In this document: piece after piece, positions 1 to 12,614 of the stretch
Layout of the letters: each line of letters begins with the position of its first letter
Position numbering within the stretch: position 1 is the stretch's first letter
Assembly (NCBI GenBank): GCA_964247055.1
Contig: OZ176056.1
Span: 3,100,001 to 3,164,000 of the forward strand
Direction: 5' to 3'
DNA length: 64,000 bases
Source of the DNA: Paragordius varius
Lineage: Eukaryota; Animalia; Nematomorpha
The notes under the pieces: generated by a model
What the model saw: only the letters and a program-made list of their open reading frames with translations
The model's database searches: none
What the model was told of the DNA's origin: nothing
Translations under genes and position numbers: made by a program

Positions 1-762
1 ACAATTGGTATTGATACGTTGCTTTTAAATGTTTTTTGATATATATGGCACTCGAGTTGGGCGAGTTCGGGATAATCATAATCAAAATATTTACTTTTTA
101 ATGCAATTATAATTGATCCATAAACTATTGTTTTTTAGTTTTCTTGACAGTTTTTTATTTTTCCAACAACGGCAGTTTGGGTACCGCTACTGCGCATGTT
201 TCAAAAAAGTCTTTCTTTCATCATCCGCAAATATATATATTTATATTTATATATGTTAAAATTTATTTTTCAATAATTGAAAAAGGTAATAAATGTAATA
301 CAACGTCAATCCATATAAACTATTTGTTTTTTTAGAAATTCGATTAATTTTATTGCTTTACACATAAAAACCTTCAATAGTTTATTAACTCAATGTAGAA
401 TGTCTAATGCCAGCCTTTTTTTTTGTAAAACATCCTAACAAATCATACAAATTTGTTATTATGAACATTGAAAAATAATAATAAAACAGGCAGCTAAAAA
501 TATTTGGTATAACTCACTGAACAAATAAACACTTATTTAACGAAAAACTGAAGTATTCTCAGTATCAGGGGTTACCTAAGGCGTAATTAAAATCTAATCA
601 ATAAATAAAATAAATTACGTTAATATTAATTTTTAGAAAGATCACAAAATTGTACTATAATATCAATTATTTTATTTATTTATTTTTTTGTTAAATAGCC
701 TACCTTATAAATAACTAATAAAAAGTAATTGATTTCTATTTTGTTATTTTTTGTAAACCATT

Positions 763-3700
763 ATGAATTATATTTGGATATTATTGAGCTGCACTTTGCT
801 ATATGATCAGTCATCTCCAGGTTTTATATTAATATTTCTATGTATTAATTTTGTCAAATTATCCATTTATTTGAATTTTAACCCGAATATATCATGTACA
901 TATGTGAGATTTAAAATTTCTTTATAGATTGTAAATTTATATAGGATCGTTAATACTATTCCCGCCTCTCTTTCTATTTCGCGGTTTCTTGAATAAATTT
1001 TACAATATCTTTGAAATTCGATACCACTGTCCATGCTTTTTCCTAATATTCTAAAAGACAAGTTTAACATTTAATTGATATTAACTAAGGGACACTCAGA
1101 ATTTAATTTTCATTAACATTTTTATATACCTTATAATAATATTTAATTTATAAAACGCAATAATTATGCCATGTCATTGATTAAAATTTGTTTTTGAACC
1201 AAAAATGGTATATATTTAAGGTTTCATTATATTTTTAAACGCGGTATAATTGCATTGCTAATTGGTTAGACCCAACCTTATATGTTATAAAAACAGTACT
1301 TTTGGCATTTTGTATATCCGTCGAAATTTATTAAAGACTCTATTTTTTACAATTCCATCTTTTCTTAAACTAATTTAGTTAAATATAACTGTGCCCAAAA
1401 ACCTCATTGTGTTCATTTTTAATCATTAAACTGTTTAAGAGGTGTTTCTTAACCTTTTTTGTTCACGCCACATCGAATTGAAAATAAAAATTTTGCGCGC
1501 CCCCCCCCCCCCCCCCCCCCCTTTCCCATAACAAAAAACAAAGAAAAACAAATATAAAATTTAATAAATTATTTTATAAATCATAATCAATGATAACGCT
1601 TGTTTCTGCACGGACAAATCTTGTAATTTGTAGATGAGATTATTGACTTTAATGATTTGTTTCTATATCTCCAAGGTATCCAATAAAAGTCGGGAATGCG
1701 CAAGATATAAAAATATGTATGAATCTAATGGATAAATGTTTATAATATTTAGTAAAATAATTACAAGTAAAAGAAAAAATAATTAGATAAAAAATGTGGG
1801 AATTTCCCAATCTTACTATGGTTAGTCCTCAATATTGTAAGTATATAATTTAAATTAAATAATGTCAATAAATTAATTATCAAATAATAGTAAACCAATT
1901 TTAGCATAACTTTAAGATCGTTTTTTCAAGTTCGCGCCCCCTAGATTTTTCTACTCCCTCAGGAATTGTCGCCATCTCCATTTAGTAACTACTAAATCTA
2001 CAGTAAAAACAAATAAGTCGTATTCAAATACAAATTATTATATATAATATAACATTTTTAGAACTAGTATCCTCTGCCGATGGTGTTTCGTTTGGAATAG
2101 TTGACGGTATTTTTATATCTAATTAAATATTTACTTGAATTAATATTGTCTTTTGAGTTAGTTATTTTTAAATAATTTAATTATGAAACATACATAAATC
2201 AGATCAATAAAAAATAATCATATAATTATATATTTCCTATATTTCAATTTCATTGGGATTATGTTATTTTAATATTCTAAAAAAATATATACCTTACTAT
2301 TTTTTTGGACCTTTAATCGTTTAATATTTGATATATTGTGGATAAATAATCATATTCTTAACGCTTACATAAAACAGGGGTGTCCAACAGGCGCTCTTCA
2401 AGCTTGAGAGATATATTAAATATAGAATTTTACAAAATCTTAGTCAAATTGATCTTCTTAAACAAATCTACTGAACAGATTTTCCCATTTTTTTCAATGA
2501 ACTAGCAAAAAGGGTTAAAATAGATAGTAGTTTGGACAGTGTTATGTTTAACACCTAATAAAATATTTGTTTATTCCCATATATTTTGCGAATTGGCCGT
2601 CGGATTTTTTGAGTCAAAAGTGCGGCCCGCGCGGCCATTTGTTTTGGGCACCTCTGGTTTAATATATTATCAATTATAATAGGTTAAAATAGAATATTGA
2701 AACTAACATGACAAATTAAATTTCGGGCAAAAAGTGTACGTGATGAATACACAAAAATAATTTTAAACAGTTAGTTGTATTTATCAAAAACATCATAAAG
2801 TTTTTTTTTATAATAAATGGCTGTAAAAAATTGAATATAAAACGATATTAATAATAATTAATAAGCGCAAAAACATGGGATATTTTAAAAGTATAAGGCT
2901 TTAGTTTTGGTTAAAAAACCTATTTTAACAACATTTTCAAAATTTTATGACATGTTAAATACATGTATTTTTTAACCCTAACCAGGAGATACATAACAGA
3001 AAAGACCATTTAAAGAATACCCTCCTTCTTTATTATGAATAGGTTTAATCCATGGTCTTAATTATAAGGATCTAGTAAACAGTATTGAAATTTTAACAAC
3101 CCCACAAAAATTTTTACCAAAATCTTGTTTTGTAAAAAATCTGATTTCAAGACGATTTACTATATGAATGCCGATACTTATTGTACATGCTTTAATCATA
3201 TGTATTCAATTATGCAAAAATTTAGCCATTTTTATTCATAAATTTTTATAACCGAAATTCCTAACAAAATGTCTGCTAAATCAACTATATTTCCCATATA
3301 GATGAAGATAGCATTGGATCATCTCATACGGAGATATCAGGTTATGCTTATTAATTTTGATACTTTAATGATAAAATTGATAATACATTAAACAAGGTCT
3401 ATTTTCGAAAGCGAAATTTGAGTTGATAAAATGCACACACATAGCTAGTGACATGTGTCATTATTTGATATGTATTTGTCATATGAAAGTTTGCATTTAA
3501 TGTAAGAATAATTTAATTTGGTTTCCATTAATTATTTAATTGATTGGTTGGTATGTTCAGTTATTCACTTCTATCATACCTATTAGTGAATGAAGGGAAG
3601 GCGCTTTGTGCAATCAGAATATACTTCTAAAATCTATTGTTGGCTCACTGTTTCTGGATGATCGGTTTAAATAAATAGCACAATTTGTTAATGTTTTGTG

Positions 3701-6700
3701 TTGTTAAAGATAAATATGTTTTGTATGCCTTTTGTAAAAATTTCCATCTTACAAAAGAAATACTTTTGTGGTAAGAATAATGTGACCAGATATTTTTAAC
3801 TTTGATGCAGTACAAAATTGAAACATACTTTGTCTGTTTTTACACCATCGGTGTGGTATATTACACAGTTTCCATAAAAAATATCCAGATAAAAAAATAT
3901 TCATATTCTGATAGGAAAATATCAGGATTATCATGGTGCTTTTGGTTTAAATTTTTAAATGCGGGGTCTGAAAATGCCATATTTTTTGGCTCTTTTAAAA
4001 TAAAATTCCAACATTTTGTAATAATTTTAAATATCGACTAAATATATTCTTAAAAAAATGCTTACTTTGAAATTTAATTTTTAGCAAAATTTTGTTAAAG
4101 CGTACTTCATACTATTTTGAGCATGATGAAAACGATATAAACGGTTGTTTTATACCATTTATATATATAATTTGATAATGCTAAACAATTTTTTTACTCG
4201 GAATTTTGATTAAAATATTCGTTCGTAATAAAAATTGTGTTTTTTCAATAATTCAGCAAAATTTGCAAACAAACCCAAATTAAAATTTTAAATGTTTAAC
4301 ATCATCAAATTATTTGGAAAAAGGGTTTTGTAATAGCTTAAAGCGTTTTACTGTTTCCATCAATTAAAAATAATTTGAATACGCTTCAACAAAATATTTC
4401 AAATTTGTTTATGCAAAAAAGTAAGATAACTAATAAAAATTAAAATTCACGAAAAAATTAAGAAATATCATACCTCCCACCTAATGAGTCTAGAAAACGT
4501 AAAACTCTTTATTTTATACGAAAATAAGGTTATTTAGAAATCATGTGCCATAAATATGGTACGGGAATAACAATTTTCTATATAACTTTTCATTTTATTT
4601 ATAACAAAAAATGAACATTCTAAACCTGATCAAACATTCAAATATCATAAATTAATTTTTTAATTTTAAATTTTGAGGCACCTCTTTTTACGGAAGCCCT
4701 GATTGAAAGAGCAATTAGACTGAATCTTACTGTGTGGACTCCAAATTATATAGTTTCGTCAGTGAGTGAAAGGCTGCAATAAATTTTATGCATAATCGAG
4801 CAAAAATATAAACCATTAAAATATAGGCCAATCTTAGTTTTATACCGCGAATGAGCCATTTCTTTACAAATTATGGGGTTAGTTTTACAGTGGGTACTAT
4901 ATTAACACTTCGATTCAAATTGGGGTATCTAAATACCCCAGACTACTGAAGGAAACGGTCCCAATTTAAATTTATGCTTCTATCCTGATAATAATTTTAT
5001 GAATATGCCAAAATATCTTGATAAAATTTTGTTTTGAAAAAAAAGTTCCATCTCAAACTACTTCGACGCCATTTTTATTTTACAAAATATTTTGCAAAAT
5101 ATCGTCTTCATTTATTTTTTAGGGTAAAACTAAAGCTAATTTTTTATGTAAATTACATCTAACATCGATAGAAATAAAAACGGTTTATTTTGTTTTATTT
5201 TATAATTTTACCATTGCACACATGTCAGGTGGACTAAATTTTTACCTTTCGGTTTTAGCTTAAAATAACTAATATCAAGTATGTTTGAATAAAGTTTTTT
5301 ATATACTTCGGTTTATTAATATCATATAAGTGCAAAATATTGCCATGGTTTCGATTCCGTCCATATTTTTTAAAGAATTTCATTTTAAACAGGCCTGGGG
5401 TATTTAACTACCCCAATTTGAATCGAAGGACTATAAATGAATGTGTTGTATCCAAGTGTTAAATTCTAAAATAATTTTTTCAATAAAAAATATACATAAA
5501 AAATTATTTTTTTTAAAAAAAGTATTACAAAAGTGGGCGCAGTACAGTCGCGGTTTTTTCTGAAAATCTAGTACTGTACTGCGAAAAACAGCCTATCTGG
5601 TCACACTAGGTAAGAATCAAAAAATAACACTAGACAACAAATTTTTTGTCACTCGGGTTTTTTGCATTTTCTGATATTTACCATCTTTAACAGTACTGAA
5701 ATAAAAATTAAAATTTCATTTAAGAATTTTGTTTAATTTGATTTTTTAGTTATGCGTCCTCTTTATCAAAATTACTAAAAAATGTTTTTCTTTGAAAATA
5801 TACAAGAAATGCCCTTTTGTATTATATCATTCGAAACTAAAATTTTTACATTGATAGTTAATATTGGAAGCGTTTTTGTTAATTAAAAACGAATGGATGA
5901 AAATAGCTGAAACTTCGTCTAGATGGCAATAATGAAATAAGATAACACAAGATAGTTTTTTTGAAAAACATTTATTTTTTACTTTTATGCCATTTAACAG
6001 CCATTTTTATGTTTTTTATTTTTTTCAAAAATTACCATCTCATCAAAATTAAGTATTTAGTTGGCTTATAAATTCAAAATTTCAAAGACTAAAAACAAGG
6101 TTTAAGGTATTTTTGATAATTTTGACGATTATGTAATAAATATACAGTGATATATGCATATTAATATTTACTAGTTAAAATATTTGTAAAGATAATTTGT
6201 ATTAATCAACCTTATTAAAAGCTTTTTCAAAAAAATTTTTTATTTTTATACTGTAACCCTAATAATTACATTAAAATAATTTATAGGACTAATTTAGTTA
6301 GTTTGCAAAAATTTTTGACTTATTTAAGGGTTGAAAAATTTATCATATAAACCCAAATAACTTTTACATCAGATTGATTTGAATAACAAACTACTATTCG
6401 AAAGATGGAGATTTTTGAGCTCTTCGAATGATATTATGGCTCTATATATATATATATACGTCTTGACGAAAATTTCGAGTTTAATGTTAAATCGGAGTCA
6501 AATATTATCGATGCTAAAAAAATAAAATTCTTAGGTATTGGACCAATTTTCTTTTAAGATATACTATTTATGTACTTTAATGAAATAAATTTAAATCTAC
6601 AAGAATGCCAGTTAAAAAAGTCAAAATTTGATCTCTAGTGTTATCATCAAATATATGGATTTATAGATTTATTAGGAATATAGGGTGATGATACCATTGA

Positions 6701-8547
6701 TACCTTACAGACCCGACTCACCCCATATAAAGTCCAAATATCGAATTAAAACCTTATTACAAAAAAGGCCGATAAAGAATAAAATAGTCTCTTTTTCAAA
6801 CACTAAACCAATTTTTAATTATTCGTTTGCTTTATGTCATTAAATCATATATTCAGTGTAAGTAAACCTGTTACATCCTGAAAATACCTATGCAGGTTTC
6901 ATGTAAATTAGCATTAACTTAAATTAACCTTTCATTTTGATTTCTGATTAGCTATGATTATTTAAAAAAACTTAATTTTCTTCTCTCTGTTTAACTGTAG
7001 ATAATATCTTTGAAGAGAAGTCAAAAAATCAAATATTTAATATCGGGGATGACTTAACAATTTGGGTCCAACTTTAAAGTCATCAGTAAAAAATTCGTTA
7101 GTTTTAATTACTTTTGAAATAAATATTTAAAAAATTATTTTTAGAACCAGTACCTCTGACGTATAGCGGTAATCAAATTACCATTGATTTCTCTCGAGTC
7201 ATACAAAAAAATCAATTGTACAATGTTACTATTTATCAGGACGATGAAACACTAAACACCATAAAAAATTCTTCGGAACTAAGCCCTTACATACATAATT
7301 TACCAAAAAAAATTGATGAATCGTATTTCGTATGCATATTTGTTTCAAAAGAAAGATACTGTTCTGATGTTTGGATGTCAGGTTAAATTGCAAAAAATTG
7401 ATATTTCTTACCTTCAAATGTTTCATAATTTTTATGTATATTCCTGGCAAATCATCTATTCAGGATCCGTATAATATGTATATAAAGGCAAAATTTAAAT
7501 TAATTGAATGGTCGTGATTCAAAAGATAAATCGTTCAAAGGTCCTTTTTAAATTACAATGCGCTCAGCTGACCGTTATAGTTTTCTGAAAACTTAAAATA
7601 TTGATCAAACCCTTAATATTATCATATAAGTGCCCATTGATAAGCCGCTTAAAAACCCATTTTTGAATTTCTTTAATTGAATGGAAAAATATAGTATCTC
7701 ACATTATATAATTAATAATTTGATTAAAAAAATAGTTCTAAATTTCACAAATGACAAGGGTTTATTATGTGAACTTCTAGATATATTTGTACATATTAAT
7801 TAACTCTTCTCTAATTTATTTATACAGGTTATCTTGTTGGCGGATCAGGACATTTACCAGCTAATCCAGGTATGACTAATTTCAATTTCATTTGTTGAAT
7901 TAATCAAATGTTGAATTACTAAATGAAGAAAAAAACATTATTCATAAAAAATTCAAAAATATGAAATTTTGAACTCTCCAAAAATTTTAAACCTTCATAA
8001 TGATATAACTATTTTTCCCTAATTAATGTAAAACATTATTTGAAATAAATAACAATTGAACTCATTTAAACCGGGGTGCCAACACGTGGTATTATTAACA
8101 AATCTTAGTATAATTGATAATTTTTTTTTAATTTTCAACGAACTATGAAAAATTGGATAAATTAATTTGTAGTTAAATTTTGTTCCTAAATTTTTTATTG
8201 TTAGATATCTATTATAATGCATATTGAAAATTCGACTCACAAAGCCATCTGTGTTAGTCTTTGTTTAAACCAATATTTATTTATTGTAAATTTAGAGGTA
8301 TATGACTATAATTTTCGATATGAATACCTTTGTAATTTGGATATCCAACTGCTTTGGTTATCAAACAACACAAAAGTTAAAATATATGAAGGAGTCAAAT
8401 GTGAAAATTTTTTGGGGGAGACATCCAATCACTCTTACATCATAAAATATGAATATTTTATTGCCAAGAAAAATCGAACATTTTGTCTACAAACGTTAAA
8501 TCAAAGTGATACGAAGTCTTTCGAGAGGATATCAATAGCGAAACCAA
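763..8547 (+). CDS. 5' half (or paralogue 1) of a secreted Ig/FN3-like modular protein with micro-exons
   Basis: Hand-built exons, all bounded by AG/GT and in phase 1: 763-820 (MNYIWILLSCTLLYDQSSP, signal-like), 2062-2106 (LVSSADGVSFGIVD), 3302-3340 (EDSIGSSHTEIS), 7145-7381 (PVPLTYSGNQITIDFSRVIQKNQLYNVTI...), 7828-7869 (YLVGGSGHLPANP), 8296-8547 (...IQLLWLSNNTKVKIYEGVKC...TSNHS...FCLQTLN). The two large exons are clearly homologous to the exons at 17666 and 20264. Exon connectivity is inferred and there is no transcript evidence. Confidence 0.6.
2375..2656. mobile_element. hAT-type MITE (CAGGGGTGTCCAA...TGGGCACCTCTG family)
   Basis: Imperfect terminal inverted repeats CAGGGGTGTCCAAC / GTTTTGGGCACCTCTG. 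Same family as 34727-35001 and 45206-45472. TSD not recognisable. Confidence 0.6.
4058..4430. mobile_element. Long-inverted-repeat (foldback) MITE, family E copy
   Basis: Arms containing ...AAAGCGTACTTCATACT...GCATGATGAAAACG... and its reverse complement. Related copies at about 19060-19445, 50040-50410 and 62420-62780. Boundaries approximate. Confidence 0.55.
4902..5462 (+). mobile_element. piggyBac-type MITE, copy 1
   Basis: TTAA|CACTT...AAGTG|TTAA ends. Subterminal inverted repeat CGATTCAAATTGGGGTA-N6-TACCCCAG abuts the left terminus and lies about 28 bp in from the right terminus. Confidence 0.85.
7001..7085 (+). pseudogene. Truncated, frame-disrupted Ig-domain exon (pseudo-exon or assembly indel)
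   Basis: Strong acceptor (ttctctctgtttaactgtag), then NIFEEKSKNQIFNIGDDLTIWVQL, similar to TFASIPKKVVANVGETITLSVKL of exon 15279. In-frame TAA at 7075-7077. The donor at 7086 gives 85 nt, one base more than a symmetric 84-nt exon. Confidence 0.5.
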
Positions 8548-9239
8548 GTAAAATTTATTATCATTATTAATTAAGCTAGATGCTAAATAGAGACAGGTTG
8601 GTTAGTTTAAAATTTTAATAAATAGATGCCTTTAAACTTAAGGTGCGGGCTGGCTAAAAAACTGTCTTAAAATAAAATTTTCTTAAAATATACAGATAAA
8701 ATAAATACAAAAAGCAAATATATTTTATCATGACTCCATTACCTTTTAATAGTTTGATATTGAGCAGAGGTGTTTTAATATATCCACTGATTCTATCGAG
8801 AAATTGATGGAACACTAAAGCTTACCCCACTTCAATTCCTGCTAAACTCTAAATAAATAAAATAATAAATAAACATTTACCAATTGAATATTTTCGAATA
8901 CGGTAATTAGTAACTCCAATAATAAGGGCATTGCTTTATAAAAAATCAGATTGCGGTTTTGAGAAATATGAATCCTTCGCTAAATAATTACCAAAAAATG
9001 TATAATAGTGGCAAGTATTCCAAAGATTATCAGATTGTTAAGGAAATAATTGATTAAATAAATGTAATGAATATAAAAAATTTTTAAAAACTTTACATCA
9101 CCACTCAAAACCAAAATTTTGGCAAAAAAAATATTTCTAAATTTAACAGAGGGCCACAAGTGGGGTCCGTAATCACTTGTTGGACACCCCTGTCCCAGAG
9201 CTATTTGATATTCGTCCAATATTAATCCGAATTTAAAAT

Positions 9240-9600
9240 TGCTTTCTTTAGTCTGTTGAGCTATACAAAATTTGAATGAATGTAAAATTGTAAAAAAATT
9301 CTTAAATTTTTTGCCACTATTTTTCTATATAATTTTTACATCGCTAATAGAATATTGTATATTATGGTTAGAAGCTTTCAATACATTTTACCAGTAAAAA
9401 CTTGATAAATCTTGATTATAATATCAGATGTTTGTTTCGATCGTGGGAGCTGTCCCAATTTTATACTCTGAAAGTCACTAAACTGTAAAAATATAAGCTT
9501 ATTATCTTATACATGGGAACAATGTTTAAAAACTTTAACTAAAATGACTTTCAAAATTGTAGTTTAAACAATGATCTTTGAGATGAATACCCCAGGTACT
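9240..9600 (+). repeat. Degenerate dispersed repeat (family D), paired with about 11780-12160
   Basis: Shared segments TGTAAAATTGTAAAAAAATTCT, CATTTTACCAG, GGAGCTGTCC(C/T)AATTT and ATACCCCA occur in the same order at both places. Confidence 0.5.
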
Positions 9601-9674
9601 AGGAGAAAAAAGTGAATAATGAAGTGTTAAGACTGCCTTATTTTTTAATCTTTTCTCTTGAAAAATGGACCTGT

Positions 9675-10309
9675 ATATATCATTTGCACTTCAAGAGTGT
9701 CCTTGAACAATTCAAGTTGGTCCTTGAACAATTCAAGTTGGTCCTTTAACTTTTTTGTTTTGTTTTTAACTTTTATCAATCAAATCAAGAATAATTCGTC
9801 TATTTTATTGTTTTTAACCCATTTTCTATCATTTAACATAAATTTTAAATCGATATCAACTTTTAATCTTTGAAAAACCGTATATCTTTATTAATTTCTT
9901 ATAATAAATTTAGATAATTATAAGATTTTAACACGAAATGAAAAAATATATAAGTTTTCTGGGTTATTAATTAAATATTTTCATTAAAAACATTTAAAAG
10001 TCAATATTTTGTTCAATTGAAAAAAAAATAGTTTTAAACAAAAAAGTGGTTTTTCAATAAAAAAATTTATTTTTAAATGAATAAATATATAATAAATAAA
10101 GAAAATTAGGTTAATAAATAATAATAAAAAAAATAAATGCAAAAATTATGGTTAAATCAAAATTTATAAATTTTAAGGACCAACTGGAACTGTTCAAGGA
10201 CCAACTTGAATTGTTCAATGACCAACTTGAATTGTTCAAGAACCAACTTGAATTGTTCAAGGACCAACTTGAATTGTTTAAGGACACTCTTGAAGTGCAA
10301 ATGGTATAT
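9675..10309. mobile_element. Foldback-like element whose inverted arms carry tandem 21-bp palindromic units
   Basis: The left arm TATATCATTTGCACTTCAAGAGTGTCC + 2 x (TTGAACAATTCAAGTTGGTCC) is the reverse complement of the right arm, which has 5 units (10175-10279) + GGACACTCTTGAAGTGCAAATGGTATA. The centre is AT-rich and non-coding. Confidence 0.75.
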
Positions 10310-10559
10310 TTCAATGTTTATATCAATAATATTTATTGAGCATGTGACGGTTCAGGTTAGTGCTACTATAATCCCGAAAGTACAATTATTTTAGGCATTC
10401 TACCTAAAATTAAAACCATTCAAACGTTTCAAAGAGTTAATTTTTTACCACTTTTAATAAATATTAGGGTTATAAGGTACCGTTTTTTGTAATCACAAAA
10501 AGGAAATTTATGTTTATGCTATTCAAAATATTATACATCGGCTTTTACACATTTCGCTC

Positions 10560-11400
10560 ATTTCTCAGCTAATATATGAATACTGGTTGTCGTTCGCGAA
10601 AATCCATTTGTCAAGACATTTTACCGTCTCCAAAAATATTGAAGTGCTATTCTATGAGGGTATCACCCATTGATGATAAAAGAAATAATAATAAGACAAC
10701 AAATTAGGAGGGTACAGGGAATTGAAATAGGTGGTTCGAGGAATGTATAGACTCCGGATCAAAATTTTATATAGATAATACCGCTAGGGTCTAACCAGAA
10801 ACAGATCATTTCTCTGAAGTGATTTAACCTTGTTATTGGGAGTCAGCTTAGTTGGTGGAAGCCACAATATTTTTTTGTTTTTGAATAATAGTTACTTCTC
10901 ATACATCCATTCAAAAATTATTTTTCGTGACGTTCTATCATTTGACTTTTGCAATTCTTTGATTAAGTTGCGTGAAAGCCATATACCGAGTTTATGCTTT
11001 GCTACATGTATTCTGCCAATTGTTATGTTGGGATATCATCCAACCTTGTTTAGCATTTTCACATTTATCTGGCCAGGCCAATACCCACCCTATTAATAAA
11101 GCATGTTCATATGTTTTGCCAGAAATCTATAGATTTCAATAGCCTTTTCTGATGGCAATAGGTGCCACAAATCTTTTTCAGGCGAAATTCGACATAATTA
11201 TTAATATGTGATAAAAATAAGGAGCTAGTTTTTGGCAAACCAAAATTGGTGTGTTGCTTAATGTAAGATCAATGTATTGGGGTCTGCATCATATTAATCG
11301 TCTGCGTACTTTTTGCCAAAGTTTGATCTTGAGCGAAAACAATATAGTTAATTGGCTCTTACGCAGTTTGATGAAGCAAGTTTTTAGCATTTTTAGGTAA
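10560..11400 (-). pseudogene. Decayed coding fossil, possibly from a non-LTR retrotransposon
   Basis: GC-richer island with long, stop-poor minus-strand frames (e.g. HTNFGLPKTSSLFLSHINNYVEFRLKKICG; KHKLGIWLSRNLIKELQKSNDRTSRKIIFEWM). Family not recognised with confidence. Confidence 0.3.
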
Positions 11401-12614
11401 AAAATTGGCAAAAATCATGTGCGGCCTGGCCCCATGCATATTTTAATATAATTTATTCAGTTCGCCAATCCCAAAATTGCTTTCAAAATATCATTATTAA
11501 TATTGATGTCTAGACCAGTGAAACTGACCAAAATGTTTAAAAGGCCAGAAATATTATATTTGTCTCAAGGGTCGCATATAATACCGATAAAAATTTTATA
11601 ACTGCATTTGTATATATTTATACTTCAAATAGGTAAATTAATAACTCTGGCCATAAAAAGCACTTCTAGGGCCGCATGCGTCCCGTGGATATCCATTTTG
11701 ATTACCTTTTGGGGTAGTTTTATATTCCAGAGCCATTTGATAAAATATCTTGAAAATTTTAAGGTATAAAGCCTAATATGTTTTCTTTAGCCTTTTAGGA
11801 ATATATTATACAAAAATATTGTTTAAACAATGTAAAATTGTAAAAAAATTCTCATCTCAAACTTTTTTGTCGCCATTTTTATATATTTTTTTAAATTGCT
11901 AGTGCAACAGGGAAATATGTATATTATGGTTTTAAAATGTAAACAATTAACTTATAACAGTTTTCAGGCTACATTTTACCAGCAAAAACTTCAAATTTCG
12001 ATTCAAATATCAGCTGTTGGTTCTAATCGTGTTTTGGAGCTGTCCTAATTTGACTCAAGAAGTCACAAAAATACAATGTTACATTTAAATTTTATATTAA
12101 CTTTCAAGTTTATTTACAAAACGGAGCTCTGGGAAATATAAATACCCCAAAAGGTAAACTAAGACAAAAAAGTGAAAAGGTACTTAAAGTTAATAAAGCC
12201 TTTTTAATGTTTGATAAAGAATTATGGCTAGAATCATAGATAAAAAGTCTTTGATTTTTTTAATTGTTCTAAAGAAATATTTCCGATTGTAGTGACTAAC
12301 CAAATTAAAATAATTAACAAGTATATGGTGTCGTAATTTAATTACAGAGTGGCTTATATCCATTAAAATATGTATAAGTGCCCATTTAAAAAGTTTTAAT
12401 ACAATGCCGATATTTTTGAGGTGAAATGAGGCTTGCTAACCAGATCTAAATATTTCAAGGGTAAATTCGATCTTATAGTGTATATTTTTGAGTGTTGTAA
12501 CCGTTAAAGATTACCGTTATATAAATATGAGAATAAGGCAAGCATTACTTAAGATTAAGATACATATTTTTTTTATTCTCATGTATATAAGTTTTTATTT
12601 TCATAGAAGTTAGA

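Larger units (their letters stand above)
3778..5608. mobile_element. Non-autonomous hAT (Tip100-like TIR) element containing nested MITEs
   Basis: TIRs TAATGTGACCAGAT (3778-3791) / ATCTGGTCACACTA (5595-5608). Perfect 8-bp TSD GGTAAGAA at 3770-3777 and 5609-5616. Subterminal GCAGTACA repeats. Confidence 0.85.

Noticed and set aside
1634-1675. Apparent 42-nt phase-1 micro-exon (EIIDFNDLFLYLQ)
   Set aside because: It lies inside a degraded hAT-like element (about 1436-1993) and resembles a hAT transposase C-terminal remnant, so it was left out of the gene model. RNA data could reinstate it.
3810-3960. Shared (H/Y)HDNPDIF minus-strand motif here and at about 18340-18460, reminiscent of a restriction-like endonuclease of R2/R4-type retrotransposons
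   Set aside because: The first copy is interior to a TSD-bounded hAT element and the frames are closed by stops on both sides. It is more simply a shared repeat fragment, and the motif is too short to support a call.
4538-4558. Possible 21-nt symmetric micro-exon (IMCHKY), and a similar 15-nt candidate at 10341-10355
   Set aside because: The first is inside the hAT element and the second has a rare GAG acceptor. Sites this short arise by chance in AT-rich DNA.
10175-10279. 21-bp palindromic repeats resembling a CRISPR array, or a heptad-repeat ORF (DQLELFK)n
   Set aside because: The units are contiguous with no spacers, there are no cas genes, the context is eukaryotic, and the same unit occurs inverted at 9700-9745 as part of a foldback element.
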